Source: Nageia nagi | Taxonomy: Eukaryota; Plantae; Pinophyta | DNA: 64,000 nucleotides | Reading direction: 5' to 3' | Assembly: GCA_050084985.1 (NCBI GenBank) | Contig: JBITNC010000001.1 | Location: forward strand, 17,732,001 to 17,796,000 | Shown here: one piece after another, positions 1 to 12,745 of the stretch | How the letters are laid out: each line of letters begins with the position of its first letter | Position numbering within the stretch: the first letter of the stretch is position 1 | Made by a program: the position numbers and the translations under genes | Notes under the pieces: generated by a model | The model's database searches: none | Told to the model about the DNA's origin: nothing | Seen by the model: only the letters and a program-made list of their open reading frames with translations

Positions 1-2005
1 TTCAGGAAGGCCTTTGATACTATGCCCTGACACAAACTCATGGATTGACTACAACGGTTAGGTGTGCCTAAGATTGGATTAATAGCCATTTTGACATTAA
101 GAGACTATTTCAGGCCGCATTCACACTCCAGATGGATTCTTTGACAGCATTTTCAGCATGATTTGGGTGAAGCAGGGATGCCCTCTCTCACCGACTTTAT
201 TTGGTGTTTGCATTGATGAGTTGGAGTCTTTTATCCTTGAGACTACAAAGCACAGTTTCGGTTGCCTTCTCCATGGTAGTCGTGTGCACATCCTCCTTTT
301 TGCAAATGACATTGTGTTACTTTCCCAATCTATTGAGGGTCTCCAAAGTTTGATAGATGGCCTAGCAACTTTTAGTACTAGACAGGAGTTAGCAGTGAAC
401 CTTAGAAAGACTAAGGTAGTGGCTTTCAATGTTTCGAAAGCCACAATGGACCAGACTCAGCTCATCTTCCACGATAGCATTATTGAGACTACTACTCCTA
501 CACTTATTTGGGAGTTCTCTTTTCAGACCCTAGGTTCTCTATGCAGGCAGCAACACCATCTAGAGTTTGTTGAGGTTATGTGGCAGTTTCCACCTTGGAG
601 AGACAATGCATCCAATTGCACTTTCAGGACATTCCATCCAAGTTAGAGTTATTCCAGTCCCTAGTCATACCCAATGCTTTGTATGGGGTTGAGGCTTGGG
701 GACCCATTTTGGGAGCAACGGATTGGACTTCAATTGAGAGGATTTTGATCATTTTTCTATCTCATTTCATACGGAGTAAAAGGACGGTCCCACATACTAT
801 CATACTTGCAAAGTTCAATTGCCAACCACTCTTGGTATGGGCCCTTGCTCCTATAGTCCTATTCCTCCATCACCTCCAGAGCTTATCTGATCGTGGTGAT
901 GATACTAGGCTTCCCGCAAGAGCTGAGGCCTCCTGGATCGACGTAGCACCCCAGGGTTATCACCGATGTTGGTTTGTAGAAGTTTCTGCTATGCTCTTTA
1001 GATTTAATTTCTCCCCAGATAGATTAACCTCACCACAAGGGGCTTCATCACATACCTTCGAAGATTCCATGAATGCGACTCGTGAGGCAATCTATAGGGC
1101 TTTCATCCAGACTACCTGGGTTTCTCCCACGTAGTCGTTGACGCCTAAGTTGGATCACTATGCTCAACACTACCTTTAGTTAGAAAAGGGATTGATACTC
1201 TTGCCTAGTTAGCTCAACTTACATCTCACTTGGGTTGAGGATGTCCCTCAATCAGCTTAGGGTTTGCTTCCACCATTTGAGAGTTGAGACTGACCACCAC
1301 CTAGCCAGAGACTTGCAAGTTTGTCATCTATGCTCGTTGGAGATTGAGAGTGAAGACCACTTCATCTTTCGATGCCCAATCTACTACGACATCCGTGATC
1401 ATTACCATTGCCTCTTCCAAGATTCACAGAGTTCATTGGCCACATTTCTTCAGTACCCAAATCAACATTGCTTAGCCCTTTACTTTTGAGAGGCCCTTCT
1501 CCTTCGAAGATGTCTTTTAGCTCAAGCCCAACAGACATCAGGATTTCGACGCATTACCTCCTTCCGAGCTTCCTCCCAAGAGGGGGCACATAGGAGATGT
1601 CGAGATGAGTATTCACTTCCATTACACCGAATTAGGAGACGTATTTAGAGTACACAGGACCCGTTGAGGACTCGACAAATCACATCTTTCTTCTCCTCCA
1701 ATAGTAGTACCATTGACTCATCTCACAGAGATCAACATGACTCCTACCCAGAAAGGAGAGCACTCCCATACTCTCCCCCTTGAGAGGGTCGGGATGGTCT
1801 TCCTTTGCTTACCTCAGATTTTGTACCCCCCTCTCATTAGAGTTGGGATCTTTCGTGTGGTTGTAGTTGTTTATGCTAGCTTATTTAATGTTTTCTTTAA
1901 ATGATGCCCACTAAGGACTTTGTTGGTCCCTTGACGCAGGATTGTACATGCTAGTCCCATTGACCACTTTTGGTCAATCGTGGACATTAATATACTTCTT
2001 CTTCT
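1..2005 (+). mobile_element. Non-LTR retrotransposon (RTE/RTEX-like LINE), copy 1, decayed, inserted into the hAT
   Basis: RT motifs (KAFDT, VKQGCPLSPTLF, LLFAND) and a C-terminal CCHC finger (CHLC...EDHFIFRCPIYYDIR). 3' stem-loop at 1954-1985 and a (CTT)n tail. Confidence 0.9.
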
Positions 2006-5000
2006 CCAACCTCTTTTGTGTTGAAGCCAAGAACATCTAAGCTCTGCAAATCTCATCCACTGATCATGAATTGCTTGACACTCTGCTTCAAAATACATCT
2101 TAGTTACGACCTTCATAAAGCCCTTCTTCATCTCAGTATCATCAATAGAAGCTACTCTTTCAAGCCTCGTCACATACCACTTAGGGTTTAATGCATATGT
2201 TGCCATGTGAAGGGGAGTGTTCATCTTATCCCACCTAAGCTGAACAATAGGAAGAATGTGTGTATCATACAAATCCAATGTGGTATCTTTCTCTCAAATA
2301 TTAGCCTTCATGTATCCAATCATGCTATCAATGGTCTCATAGATCTCTCCAAAGCTAGGAGAGTCGGTGTCAGTATACCTAATTACTTCCATAACTGGAG
2401 CTAAAAATGATACAACATATTTTACACTCCCCCACCAATCATCACTCAACACCATTTACTTCACTTTCCTACCTTTATTTGTTTTGGCTGCTAACCACCT
2501 ACCCGAATCAGCACACAAAACCATAGTCTGCAAGGCTTCTTGTACCTCAATCATCCTCTCAAGCAATATAAAGTAAGAGTCATATCTGGTTTTTACAAGC
2601 TTGAGGAATTCTTTCTTCGAAAAAATCCTAAGAAATATTACAAGAGAAAAAAAAAATTATGATAAAAATAAACTAAAACTAAAAATCTAAGACTCTAAAG
2701 TAAGATAATGATAAACTTATTGGAAAAAAATAAGTTCAAAATTAAACTACAACTTAAATAAATCAAAACAAAATTTTCAAGTACCTGAAGAGAGCCCAAG
2801 AGTGGTGGTGGTTGCAAATAAATGTTTGCACCTCTTGTGCATCTGACACCACCTACATGATCCAATCAATTTTGCCAATATCTTTTAGTGCATTGTTTAA
2901 TGCATGCACACAACAAGGAGTCTCAAAAATATGTTTGTAGTGTTGTTGAACCATCTTCCCTGTTAGCTTGCACACTATTGTTGAAGTAGGGGCTACCTGA
3001 ATTACATTGGATGCTCCAACCTCCTCTATTGCATCCTTCAAAAGTTGAAACTGGAAGTTTGCATCTTTCTTCTTTCTTGAACAATCAATGGCTCTAAAGA
3101 AGTATGGGCCTATCACACATGGTACAATAATATTAATGAATGGTTGATGTGTAATAAATGTCCACCCCTCCATGACAATAGAGCAACCACTCCTAATCCA
3201 TGTCTCCTTTATTTCTTCCATCAACAAGTTTAACTTGGAGAATTGTTTGTCAAGCAAATTGGTTCTCAACATGTGCTCTCTTGGGGTACATAAGAAGGGC
3301 CAACAGTGATAGCCTTCTTGAACATTTCTTTGTAAAATGGAGAGCGAGTAACATTGAAAGGAATGCCATTTCCATAAAAGAATTCGGAAACGGACCCATC
3401 AGCTTCATCACAAGCATTTTGATTGTACATACTTGCAATTATTGCAGCCTTTCTTTTACCTCTATTACTAGAAGACCCCCTATAACACTAGATACAAGTG
3501 TGTGAGAAACATTAGGAGAAGGGATGCTTGTGTTACCAACTTGTGGGCTTGCAAAAGTTGGTTTTCCACTAGTTTTGCTTTCTTGGAACAGTCTTGTCAT
3601 CTCAGCCCTTTCTTCCAAGAACAATTTAGAGCATAACCTCACTCCTTCCCCTACTATGTGTAAGAGGTGAGATGTAACCCTGGTATAGCTGCCATTGAAT
3701 TTTGTATTGCAAATGTTGCACCTATAAGTTTTTGTTCCACCTACTTTTTTCCCACTCCTTGAAGTTGAATCTTTGTTCTCTATTGTCATAAACTGCAACA
3801 AGCATTTGGCTGGTTGGCATGGCCCTTTTGCATAATGTTTCAATATTTGAGATTGATAATCAAAATGTGCTGATGAATTCTCCCTTTGAGTGGCAGTTTG
3901 TGTTTCAGAAATAGATTTTGACCCACCCACTCCACCAATACCTATTTCATTTTCGGTTGGATTTGGAACAAATTCTTCATCACTGGATTGGTCATGGCTA
4001 GAATTGGAACTGCTCATTTTGACTTGTTTAAAAAATCAGCTGAAAACACCAAACAGTAGCATGTTCTACTTTCTGTTAAGTTTGTATTTTCAAATTTTGC
4101 AAATATACAACTGAAACTAAGAGCATATGAATATCATAGGAAAAAAAACAGCTAACTATTGTTAATATCTAATGATATCATAGAGGAAAAAAAGCTTAAT
4201 TAGTAAATGATCATGAAATTTGAGAAAAAAGACAGCCAACTGTTGTTAATGTCCAATATATTGCACTTTGCAATAGACTATATTACAACTGCTGTAACAT
4301 TGCAGCCGCTTTTGACTCCATGGTACTTAGAAACACAAATGTCTACTGTCTACACTCTACAGACTTCAAGTTCATATGCACAGTGGGATCAGGCATGTTG
4401 AGCTAGAGATGTTGATCAGAATTAGCCAAAACTAAAAGCCAAGCCACACCTAGAACTAGAAGTGCAAACTGCAAACATTGTTCTACTGTCCACTTGACTT
4501 GGAGAAAGCAAATGATTAATGCTAATTGTTTATATGCTTTGTGTTGAACTGTGAACACTATTTTGCATTCAAATACATGTTTAATGGATAATATTTGTGA
4601 CTGCTGGTTCACAACTTCTTATTACATGAGTTTCCAGTTAGACTGCAGTCTTGTTTTCATTTTCACTTTTCCTGGCAAAAATGCAAGAATTGAAGAATGT
4701 AAATAAAAAAAAAACAACAACAAATAGCAGACTGCAGTCTCTAATTCTCTAATTCTATATCTTTCAGTTTAGTATTTATTCATTATTGTTTAGCCTTTCC
4801 TACTTTCTAATTAAGCAGGCCATTTGACTATAACATTACCTATGTTTAACTGTTTACTGTTTAAGGAACTGATTGAACTAGAACTTAGATTCTAAGATTC
4901 TAAAGCTCAATGAAATTGAATCAACAAAATGAAAGCTTCTACTAGTGACTAAACAGCTCTTACCTCAATTCTACAGCTCCAGCTCCAACTCTCAAATCTG

Positions 5001-5596
5001 AGCTCCAAAATCACCAAATCCAAAGTGTCCAAGCTTCAAATCGAACTCTAGACTCTTCAAACCTTCAATTTCCAAGCTCTTCAAAGTGCAAACTGAACTC
5101 CAAAGAGTTCAAACTCTCCAAACCTTCTACTTCCAACCTCTCAAACTCTAAACTCTCCAAATTCTAAAGCACAGCTGTAGAAGTGAGTTTCACAAGTGAG
5201 GTGTCTTCTTTTTTATAAGATTCGGTTCGCTTTTAGGGTTAGAATAATGTTTGAGGGTTAAAATGTGTAAAGGAGGAGGATTGGGGACCACCCCATCACT
5301 CACTTAAAGCCTCTTATTTTTTATTTTTTTTTAACAACTTGGCCTCCCAGCCGCATAGAGGGATCCCCAATCGTCCCCAAAATAGTGCGGGATGTTTGGG
5401 CTTGGGACGCCAAGGGGATGCCTAGATGCCCTCCAAATATTTTGGGGACAACTAGAATACCCCCAATTGGAGAAACGTTTTGGCCTGTTTTTCACTTGGG
5501 TGGGACAGTGGGGAAATGTTCCGTACCTATCCCCAAATCCCCAAAACAGACGAAATGGGGGTTTCAAGGGCCGGTACGCATCCCCGTGTAACACAG
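2006..5596 (-). mobile_element. hAT DNA transposon (BED finger plus DUF659-type transposase), pseudogenised, 3' part interrupted by the LINE
   Basis: BED finger CNICxxKFxGSYTRVxxHL (3439-4017). GCSIVMEGW...PCCVHALNNALKDIG (2853-3272) and RWDKMNTPLHMATYALNP (~2180-2240). Internal GT-AG intron at 2628-2784. GC-rich subterminal region ending CTGTGTTACACGGGG at ~5596. Confidence 0.88.
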
Positions 5597-7414
5597 CTAA
5601 ATAGTGAACATACAACCAAGGAGAAGTACAATATAGTAGAGGCCAGTGAATATAGTAATCCAATTTAAGATCATAATCTCAAGAAAAATCCTTTTGTCTA
5701 AACCATTTTTTGAAAACTCGTTCTTGGGAATTACTTGGCCAAGAAAAAGTTCAAGAGTACTCGGCAACTCAAAGAGTACTAGGGAAAAACTTGGCACAAA
5801 AAACGGAAAAAAAAAACTACAAAAATTTCATGAAAAAAACATACAAAACCATATTTAAATATGAAATTAAAGATTTGCAACGATCAATCATTGTTCGTGA
5901 TCATCAATGATGGTCAAAAATAGTAAATACAACAGTCTATATATAATATAATCATAAGTCAAGCAGTTCTAAAGTCTAAAGTTCTAAACAACAAAAACTG
6001 ATTCTAGACTCTACGAGTCTAAAGTTATTTGGTGATGGCAAAACTAATTAGAAATGCTCAAGATCAAGTACTTGAGATCCAAGAGAAGACTTAGTGTTTG
6101 AACCTTGGCCTGGAAATCAGTTTGTCAGCTTTTATTCTCAAAAGTTTCTATGCGATTGAGGGTATGATGTAGTAAGTTAAGTGATCATCCAAGAACCTAC
6201 TAATATGTTCCATGTCAATGTAATCACTATTCTATAGAGGCTTCTCCAAATAGTTCCCACAGTTATTGAAGCAAGGCTTCACTTCAGTCTTACAGGATTG
6301 AATTGATTCATTGAATCGCTTAGTGTATTTGCCAGATATTCTACAGCATTTAACCGAGCTATAATGTTAACACTCATGTTGCATCTGAATTTAGAGTCAG
6401 GTATTAGAGCATTACTTTTGGATTAGAAATAGCTTTTCCCCATGTAATCCAAACCAAAATTTTACTGATAGAATTCGTGAGTAACTCATAGATTGTCCTA
6501 AGGACTTAATCAAATAGCAACAAGCGCTGAAAAAATGTGCCGCTTCCTCTTTTCCTCTGGTAGACCATACTTATGCCATCAGCTTTGAATCATTCTTTCG
6601 GAATATAACGTGATAAGTTTGATATTCAAACTGTGTCGCTGAACCGTTTCATGTGGTATCAAGGATTGCCTTTTATTCTTATTTATTTATTTTCTAACAA
6701 ATTTATTCAGTAAGTTGTTTCCTTTTCAAACATAACTGAAAACCTGAAAATTCCTTGCCATTCTCAATAATTGTCTTTGTGAGTGAAATCATGACTGCAT
6801 GAAGATGGATTGCATTAAGTTGTTGGCCTACTGTCTTCTTTTCTTTTACATTATTTTGGTTCTATTTTTTCTAGTTGGCAAGTAACCCCCGCTTTTCTCC
6901 ATGAGTACCTGCTGAAAAATCTCCAGACACCGGCAGTGACAAGTAACTGCCCCAATTACACGTCTGCCTGCTGACCCATGGTTACTCGCAAGAAATCGCC
7001 ACTTACTGAGGGTTTTACAAACCAGGGTCTGAACTAATCTTGTGGTGGAACATATGTTTTTCTCCACAGAGTCAATACAAAATCCACCAGAGGAATAGCA
7101 TATGTTTTACAGATTTACCCCTGGGTACATAATAAATCTGCCATCAAGTAAACATAGTCTTTTTCCCTGGTTCTGTAGTAAATGTGTGAGTGGAATATTA
7201 TGCCTTTTCGACCTTTATAGTTATAATGTGACTTACAATGAAAATTTATACACATGGAAGAATAAATTAATCATCATTGCAAATTTTAAACATTTATAAC
7301 ATTTGGAGGAATGCCTGTCCACCTCTTATATTCATTTCAAACAAAACACATCATCTAAATGATTGCAAGAGCCAAAACATTCTCAATAGTAAAAATATCA
7401 GAAACCTTATACTT

Positions 7415-9752
7415 CTCTCCGGTAAAGCTTTAGGCATTGACGACCTCTAAGCAGAATACATTAAACATACCAGTTCGATCCTCCCCCCCTGTCTAGCCTC
7501 TTCAATAAAGCCATTTGCTCTGGACATCATCCACCCCATTCACAAAAATGGCGACCCAAATGACCTGAACAATTATCGTACCATCATGATCAGACACACT
7601 CTAGCCAAGCTCTATGCCACCATTCTAGAGGACTATATATGATAGTTCACAAATGACAAAGACCTCTAAGCAAGTGGACAGGCAGGTTTCCATAGAGATC
7701 ATCGTAACTCAGACCACATCCTCACCTTACGGACTATCATTGAGAAGGCCAAGTTCCAAAATTCCTTGGTATTTTGCTGCTTCGTGGACTTTTGAAAGGC
7801 ATTTAACACAGTTACCCACCATCGACTCATGGATAGACTTAGACGACTGGGGATCCCAAAGATTGGCCTTACAGCCATCATGACTCTATTTGAGAATGTA
7901 TCAGGTTTGATCTGTACCTTAGAGGGACTCTTAGCATTCTTAGCACCATTGGAGTGAATCAAGAATGTCCACTCTCACCGACCTTATTCGGGTTATACAT
8001 TGATGAGTTGGAGTCCTTCATCCTAGAGACCATAGGTCCTGAGGCAAGTTGCCTCCTCCATGGTAGTCGTGTATCCCTACTCTTCACAAATGACATTGTG
8101 CTTCTTTCACATACTATAGAGGGTCTTTAGTGTCTGGTCGATACCTTGGACTCTTTTAGTGCCAGGCAAGAGTTAGTTGTGAATATCAGCAAGACTAATG
8201 TTTTGGCATTTAATGTATACAAACACACACTTGAGCAAATCCAAATTACATATTAAGATAGGGTTATTGCTACAACCACCTCATACACATACTTGGGGAT
8301 ACTCTTCTTAGGGCCTAGACTCACAATGAGAGCAACAGCCCCTCCCAGAGTCCAAAGAGGATACGCAACGGTCTCCTCCCTTGAGAGACAGTGTGTGTAG
8401 CTTCACTTCCAAGACATTTCATCCAACCTACAAGTATTTCTTACCCTAATCACTCCCACGGCACTGTATGGTACAAAGAAATGGAACCCTAGCTTGCAAG
8501 CACCAGATTGGGATAAGATAGAGAGGACTATCTCCAACCACATTATACTTGCAAAGTTTGGTTGCCAACCACATCAAGCGTGGGCCCTTGCCTCACTACT
8601 TCTCTACCTCTGATGCCTCCAAGGCTTTGTAGTTGTGAGTAGGATGGACAAACTTCCTGCCAGGGTCTTAGCTTCGTCTATGGAGTTAGCAACACAAGGC
8701 TGCTATGGGTGTTGGTTCACTGAGGTATTTGAGGCATTACAGCAATTCTGCTTATATGACCGACTACATTCCCCCATACAGGATCCGTCCACACCCTCGG
8801 ATGACTCTATCGATTCATTGTTGTTGATTTGTGAGATGATATATAAAGCACACATCCAGAGTACTTGGGTTACTCCTCAGTAGCCCCTCATGCCCAAGTT
8901 ACTCCATTATTCTTGGCATTTCCTTCAATCAAAGGAGGGTGGATCATCAGCCCCACATACACCACACTACACTTACCTCCTGGATTGATTATGTCCCTTA
9001 GTCAATTCCGGGTTTGTTCTCACCAGTTTCGAATTGTGTCAGATCATCACCTACCTCGTGAGCAAAGAGTTTATCGCATCTACGATATGGAGACCAAGTT
9101 TGAGGATCATTTCAATTTTTGCTGCCCAATCTATTATGATATACAAAGGCAATATCATTGTCTATTTTTTGACTCCGATAGATCGATTTCCTCCTTCCAG
9201 TATGTAAATCAAAGATGTATAGCACTTTACATGCAGGAGGCCTTCCTTCAACAAAAATGCCTCTTATCCCACAACACCCAACATTCGACCAATGACAGTC
9301 ACATTACATCCTTCTTCCAACCAGTCCCAAAGGAGAGGTCTTATAGGAGGAGGGTTGTCTCACCCCGCCACCTTCTTGCCCGACGCTCCAAGAGATGCCT
9401 ACATAACACTCATATTCCTCCCAAGTCTCAACAGATTACATCCTTCTTTAGAGATGATATAGGTACCGATTCCAGAGATCAAAGAGTACTCACCCTAGCA
9501 TCAGCATTTAGAGCATCCTCACACTCTCCCCAACTCACTTGAGATAGTGCTTCTTGTTGTACTTTTGATCTCACTTTTAGGGTTTTGACTCTTTTTTGCA
9601 GTGTATTGTATCTTTTGTTTTCTTTGTGCTTTTAGCTTTAGTGGGGATCAGCCTAGACCCCAAATTGCTATCACATCTTTTATGTTTCCTCCAGTCCCAT
9701 TCACCTCTTTTGGTCACCCATGGATATTAATATATTTTCTTTCTTTCTTTCT
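7415..9752 (+). mobile_element. RTE/RTEX-like LINE copy 2, 5'-truncated and decayed
   Basis: GKALGIDDL (RT domain 0), NYRTIM, FVDF*KAF, CPLSPTLF, LLFTND and a CCHC remnant. Same 3' stem-loop (9694-9725) followed by a (TTTC)n tail. Confidence 0.88.
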
Positions 9753-10647
9753 ACTTGGAAGATATAATTTCAACAAGACAAGACTTACTGAAAAGATAAT
9801 AAAAGGTTTCAATATGAATAACCTATTATCTTATTTTGAAGAGTATAGATTTCACAGGAAGCAAAAATTGCATTTGAAAGAACCCAAAGATATGATAACT
9901 ATAAGATTGGAATAAGAAACTTGCTTTATTACATTCCATAGTCAAGTATAAATACAAGAGAGAAAACCTAAAAATAGATAAGGGAGTTATACTCACCTCA
10001 TTTTCTAAAATAACATATTATCTATAAATAACCACTATCCTACAATTAACCACTAATGTATTATTATTCTAGCACACCCTTCATAATACATTAAATCTTC
10101 AAAGACCATGAAGAAGCTCCGAAAGTATTCAAGCTTTCCATAATCAAGAGATTTAATGAAAACATTTGTAACTTGTTCTTTTGTGGAAATGTAATAAAAT
10201 TAAATGTTGTGTAATGAAACATGATTGCAAGTGAAGTGCACTCATATCTCAATATGTTTGGTGCGCTCATGAAACAAAGGATTGCGAAACAGTTTCAATA
10301 CACCCTGATTGTTGTAGTGCAGAATGGTAGGCTAACTCTATGGTATTCCAATATCTACCAAAATGCAACGTAACCATACTACCTTACAAATAGAATCTAT
10401 AGTAGCACGATATTCTAACTCTATGGTAGATTTTGATGTGATACTTTCTTTCTTGCTACTCCAAGAAATTGGTCCAGATCCAAGGAAAAATGTATGTCTA
10501 GTCGTTGATCTTTTATCATCCAAGAATCCTCCATAAGCCGCATTAGTGTATCCAATCAAAAAGAACTTATCATTCTTCTTGTACTCCAAGCCATAACAAT
10601 CAATATCATAATTATATCTCAACACATGCTTAGTTGATGTCCAATGT

Positions 10648-12114
10648 TGTAATATTCCGAACTAGGGCAAGCAAGATTTATAGCAAATTCCAATTTATCC
10701 TTATTACTCCAACTTAAGAAAATTTCCAAAATTACCAAATGATGTCCTAACTTATGTAGAATATGAAATTAACTCAAATAAATGCCAATTTACTCATAAA
10801 ATTAGGACTAACCATGCAATTGCTCAAAATACCGAAATTAGGGAAAAATTACTCAAAGGATAAACTCTTGCACAAATATTGCAAAATTTAGACAAGCAAA
10901 TGAGACATGAAAAATATAGAATAACTGGTAAATGTCTCTAATTACAATTATGAACCATGATGAATCCTTAAGGAGCACAAAAATTACTTCAAAGGGATGA
11001 TGTCTCACTAGGGAGCTATGAACACCACAATGAAGCCTTCGAAATAGCACCAAAATGTCTCTTCAAGCTTGACGTCTCACTCCTAGGGCAAATATAGGAT
11101 TCCAAAATCCTTCCTCCACCTTCAAAGCTGGACAAATTGCGTAGATCTTCACTCAAACTGCAAATGAAGCTTCAGGGCTTCCGATGTATATCCGAGGCTA
11201 ATTTTATAAAGTCATCTTTTTGTCTTTTGAGATCATGCGCTGACCCAAAAACATTCCTCCCTTGGGTACACGTTTCAAAAAGTCATGATTATGCCTTTTT
11301 GAGACATGCTCTCTCTTCTTGGGATCATTTTGAACTCATTTTGGATGTTTGAGCCAACACTTAGCCACTTTTAGCATACCAAATCCACCTGGTATCCTCC
11401 AAACTTGACCGCATGTTTTTTGAAAGTCATACTCTTGTATTGTTTTCTTCATGCGCTCATCTTGGGAAGCCTCCTAAGCTGGGTGCACCTTTCGAAAAGT
11501 CATAATTATGTCTTTTTGAAACATGCATTTGGCTTCTTGTGTAATCTCTAGCCTGTTCTTGGTATCCCGGAATCATGCCTTAGCCAAATTTTTATTTCAA
11601 ATTCGTTCGAAAGTCATTGTATCGCACTTTGAAGTCTTCGTCCTGTCTGGAGCCTCCTCTTGACCAGGTGTATGTTTTTGAAAGTCATGATTTTGTCTTT
11701 TTGAAACATGCATGAGGTTTCTTTCTGCCTTATATCCTGAACACAAGATAAGATTTTGAAATTAGACTGTTCACAAAGATTCGGCGCAATTTTCGAGGCC
11801 CTTGGACCTATACCTTTTATCTTGACTCACCTCCTAGACTTGAACACACGCTTTAAAAAGTCATAATCTTGTCTTGTTTTGTGATGTGTCTAACCCCTAG
11901 ACTCTCCTATTTTCCATACGTAGCCAATTTTTCAACAACTCCAAATTTAAGTTCACTTGACTATGACTAAGAGGGATGTACAACACTAACTCTTGATGGG
12001 GTTTGGGTGATCGTGACAAGATGGATGAGACTCTAGCTTTCAATAGTCATGACTTAGCAAAAGTTGGGTCCCCAAAATTGTAAATTGTGGGGCATGTTGT
12101 GTTTAAGTACAACA
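10648..12114 (-). mobile_element. Partial or chimeric giant-LTR fragment nested in the Copia RT
   Basis: The right end carries the family terminus GGGTCCCCAAAAT...TGTTGTG..TACAACA. Internal AAAAGTCAT repeats resemble 37620-38030. There is no TSD, and ~0.4 kb of Copia RT (including YVDD) is missing at the junction. Confidence 0.6.
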
Positions 12115-12745
12115 TCTCCACCCTATGTTGTTGAAGGTAGAGATTAGGATCATAAGAACTCCTAACAAAGCCATGTTGTAGTAAGTGCTCATCAATCTTG
12201 ATGTACCAGGCTCTTGGAGCTTGTTTTAAGTCATACAAAGACTATATCGATCTTTAGACTTTCCTTTTGTCTAGATCAACAACAAATCTTTCAAGCTGGT
12301 GCATATAGACTTCTTATGGAAAGTCTTCATTTAAGAAGGCACTCTTCGCATCCATATGATGCACTTTCCAACCAAATTGTGAAACCATTGCAAAAGCAAT
12401 TCTAATGGTCTTCATCTTGAAATCTATGCCTCTCTTGAACAGCCTTCTTCGATGGAAGATCTACCAACTCCCACGTGCTATTTCTCATCAGGACATACGG
12501 TTCAAGACTATTCACCACCATGCTCATTAATGCTAGATTCACTTCCTCTTAAGCCATCCTACATATGCTTGGTCTAGAAGTAGAAGTGTCTGGTAAAGCA
12601 CTTAAATATGAATCTTCCAGTGTCTTCTTATACCAACTTGGTTGACTAGAGAGATCAAATGGCAAACACATAATAGGATATACTCCTCTCTCAATATCTT
12701 CATCATCATGAGTGATGATAGGATCATTGTCAAGCATAGGTGGTG

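Noticed and set aside
6775-6845. Minus-strand KKTVGQQLNAIHLHAVMI resembling the expected exon 8 (SKTVD....HSLHxYF)
   Set aside because: No ALAAAS start, no suitable acceptor and low identity compared with the other highly conserved exons. Treated as coincidence, with exon 8 presumed outside the window.
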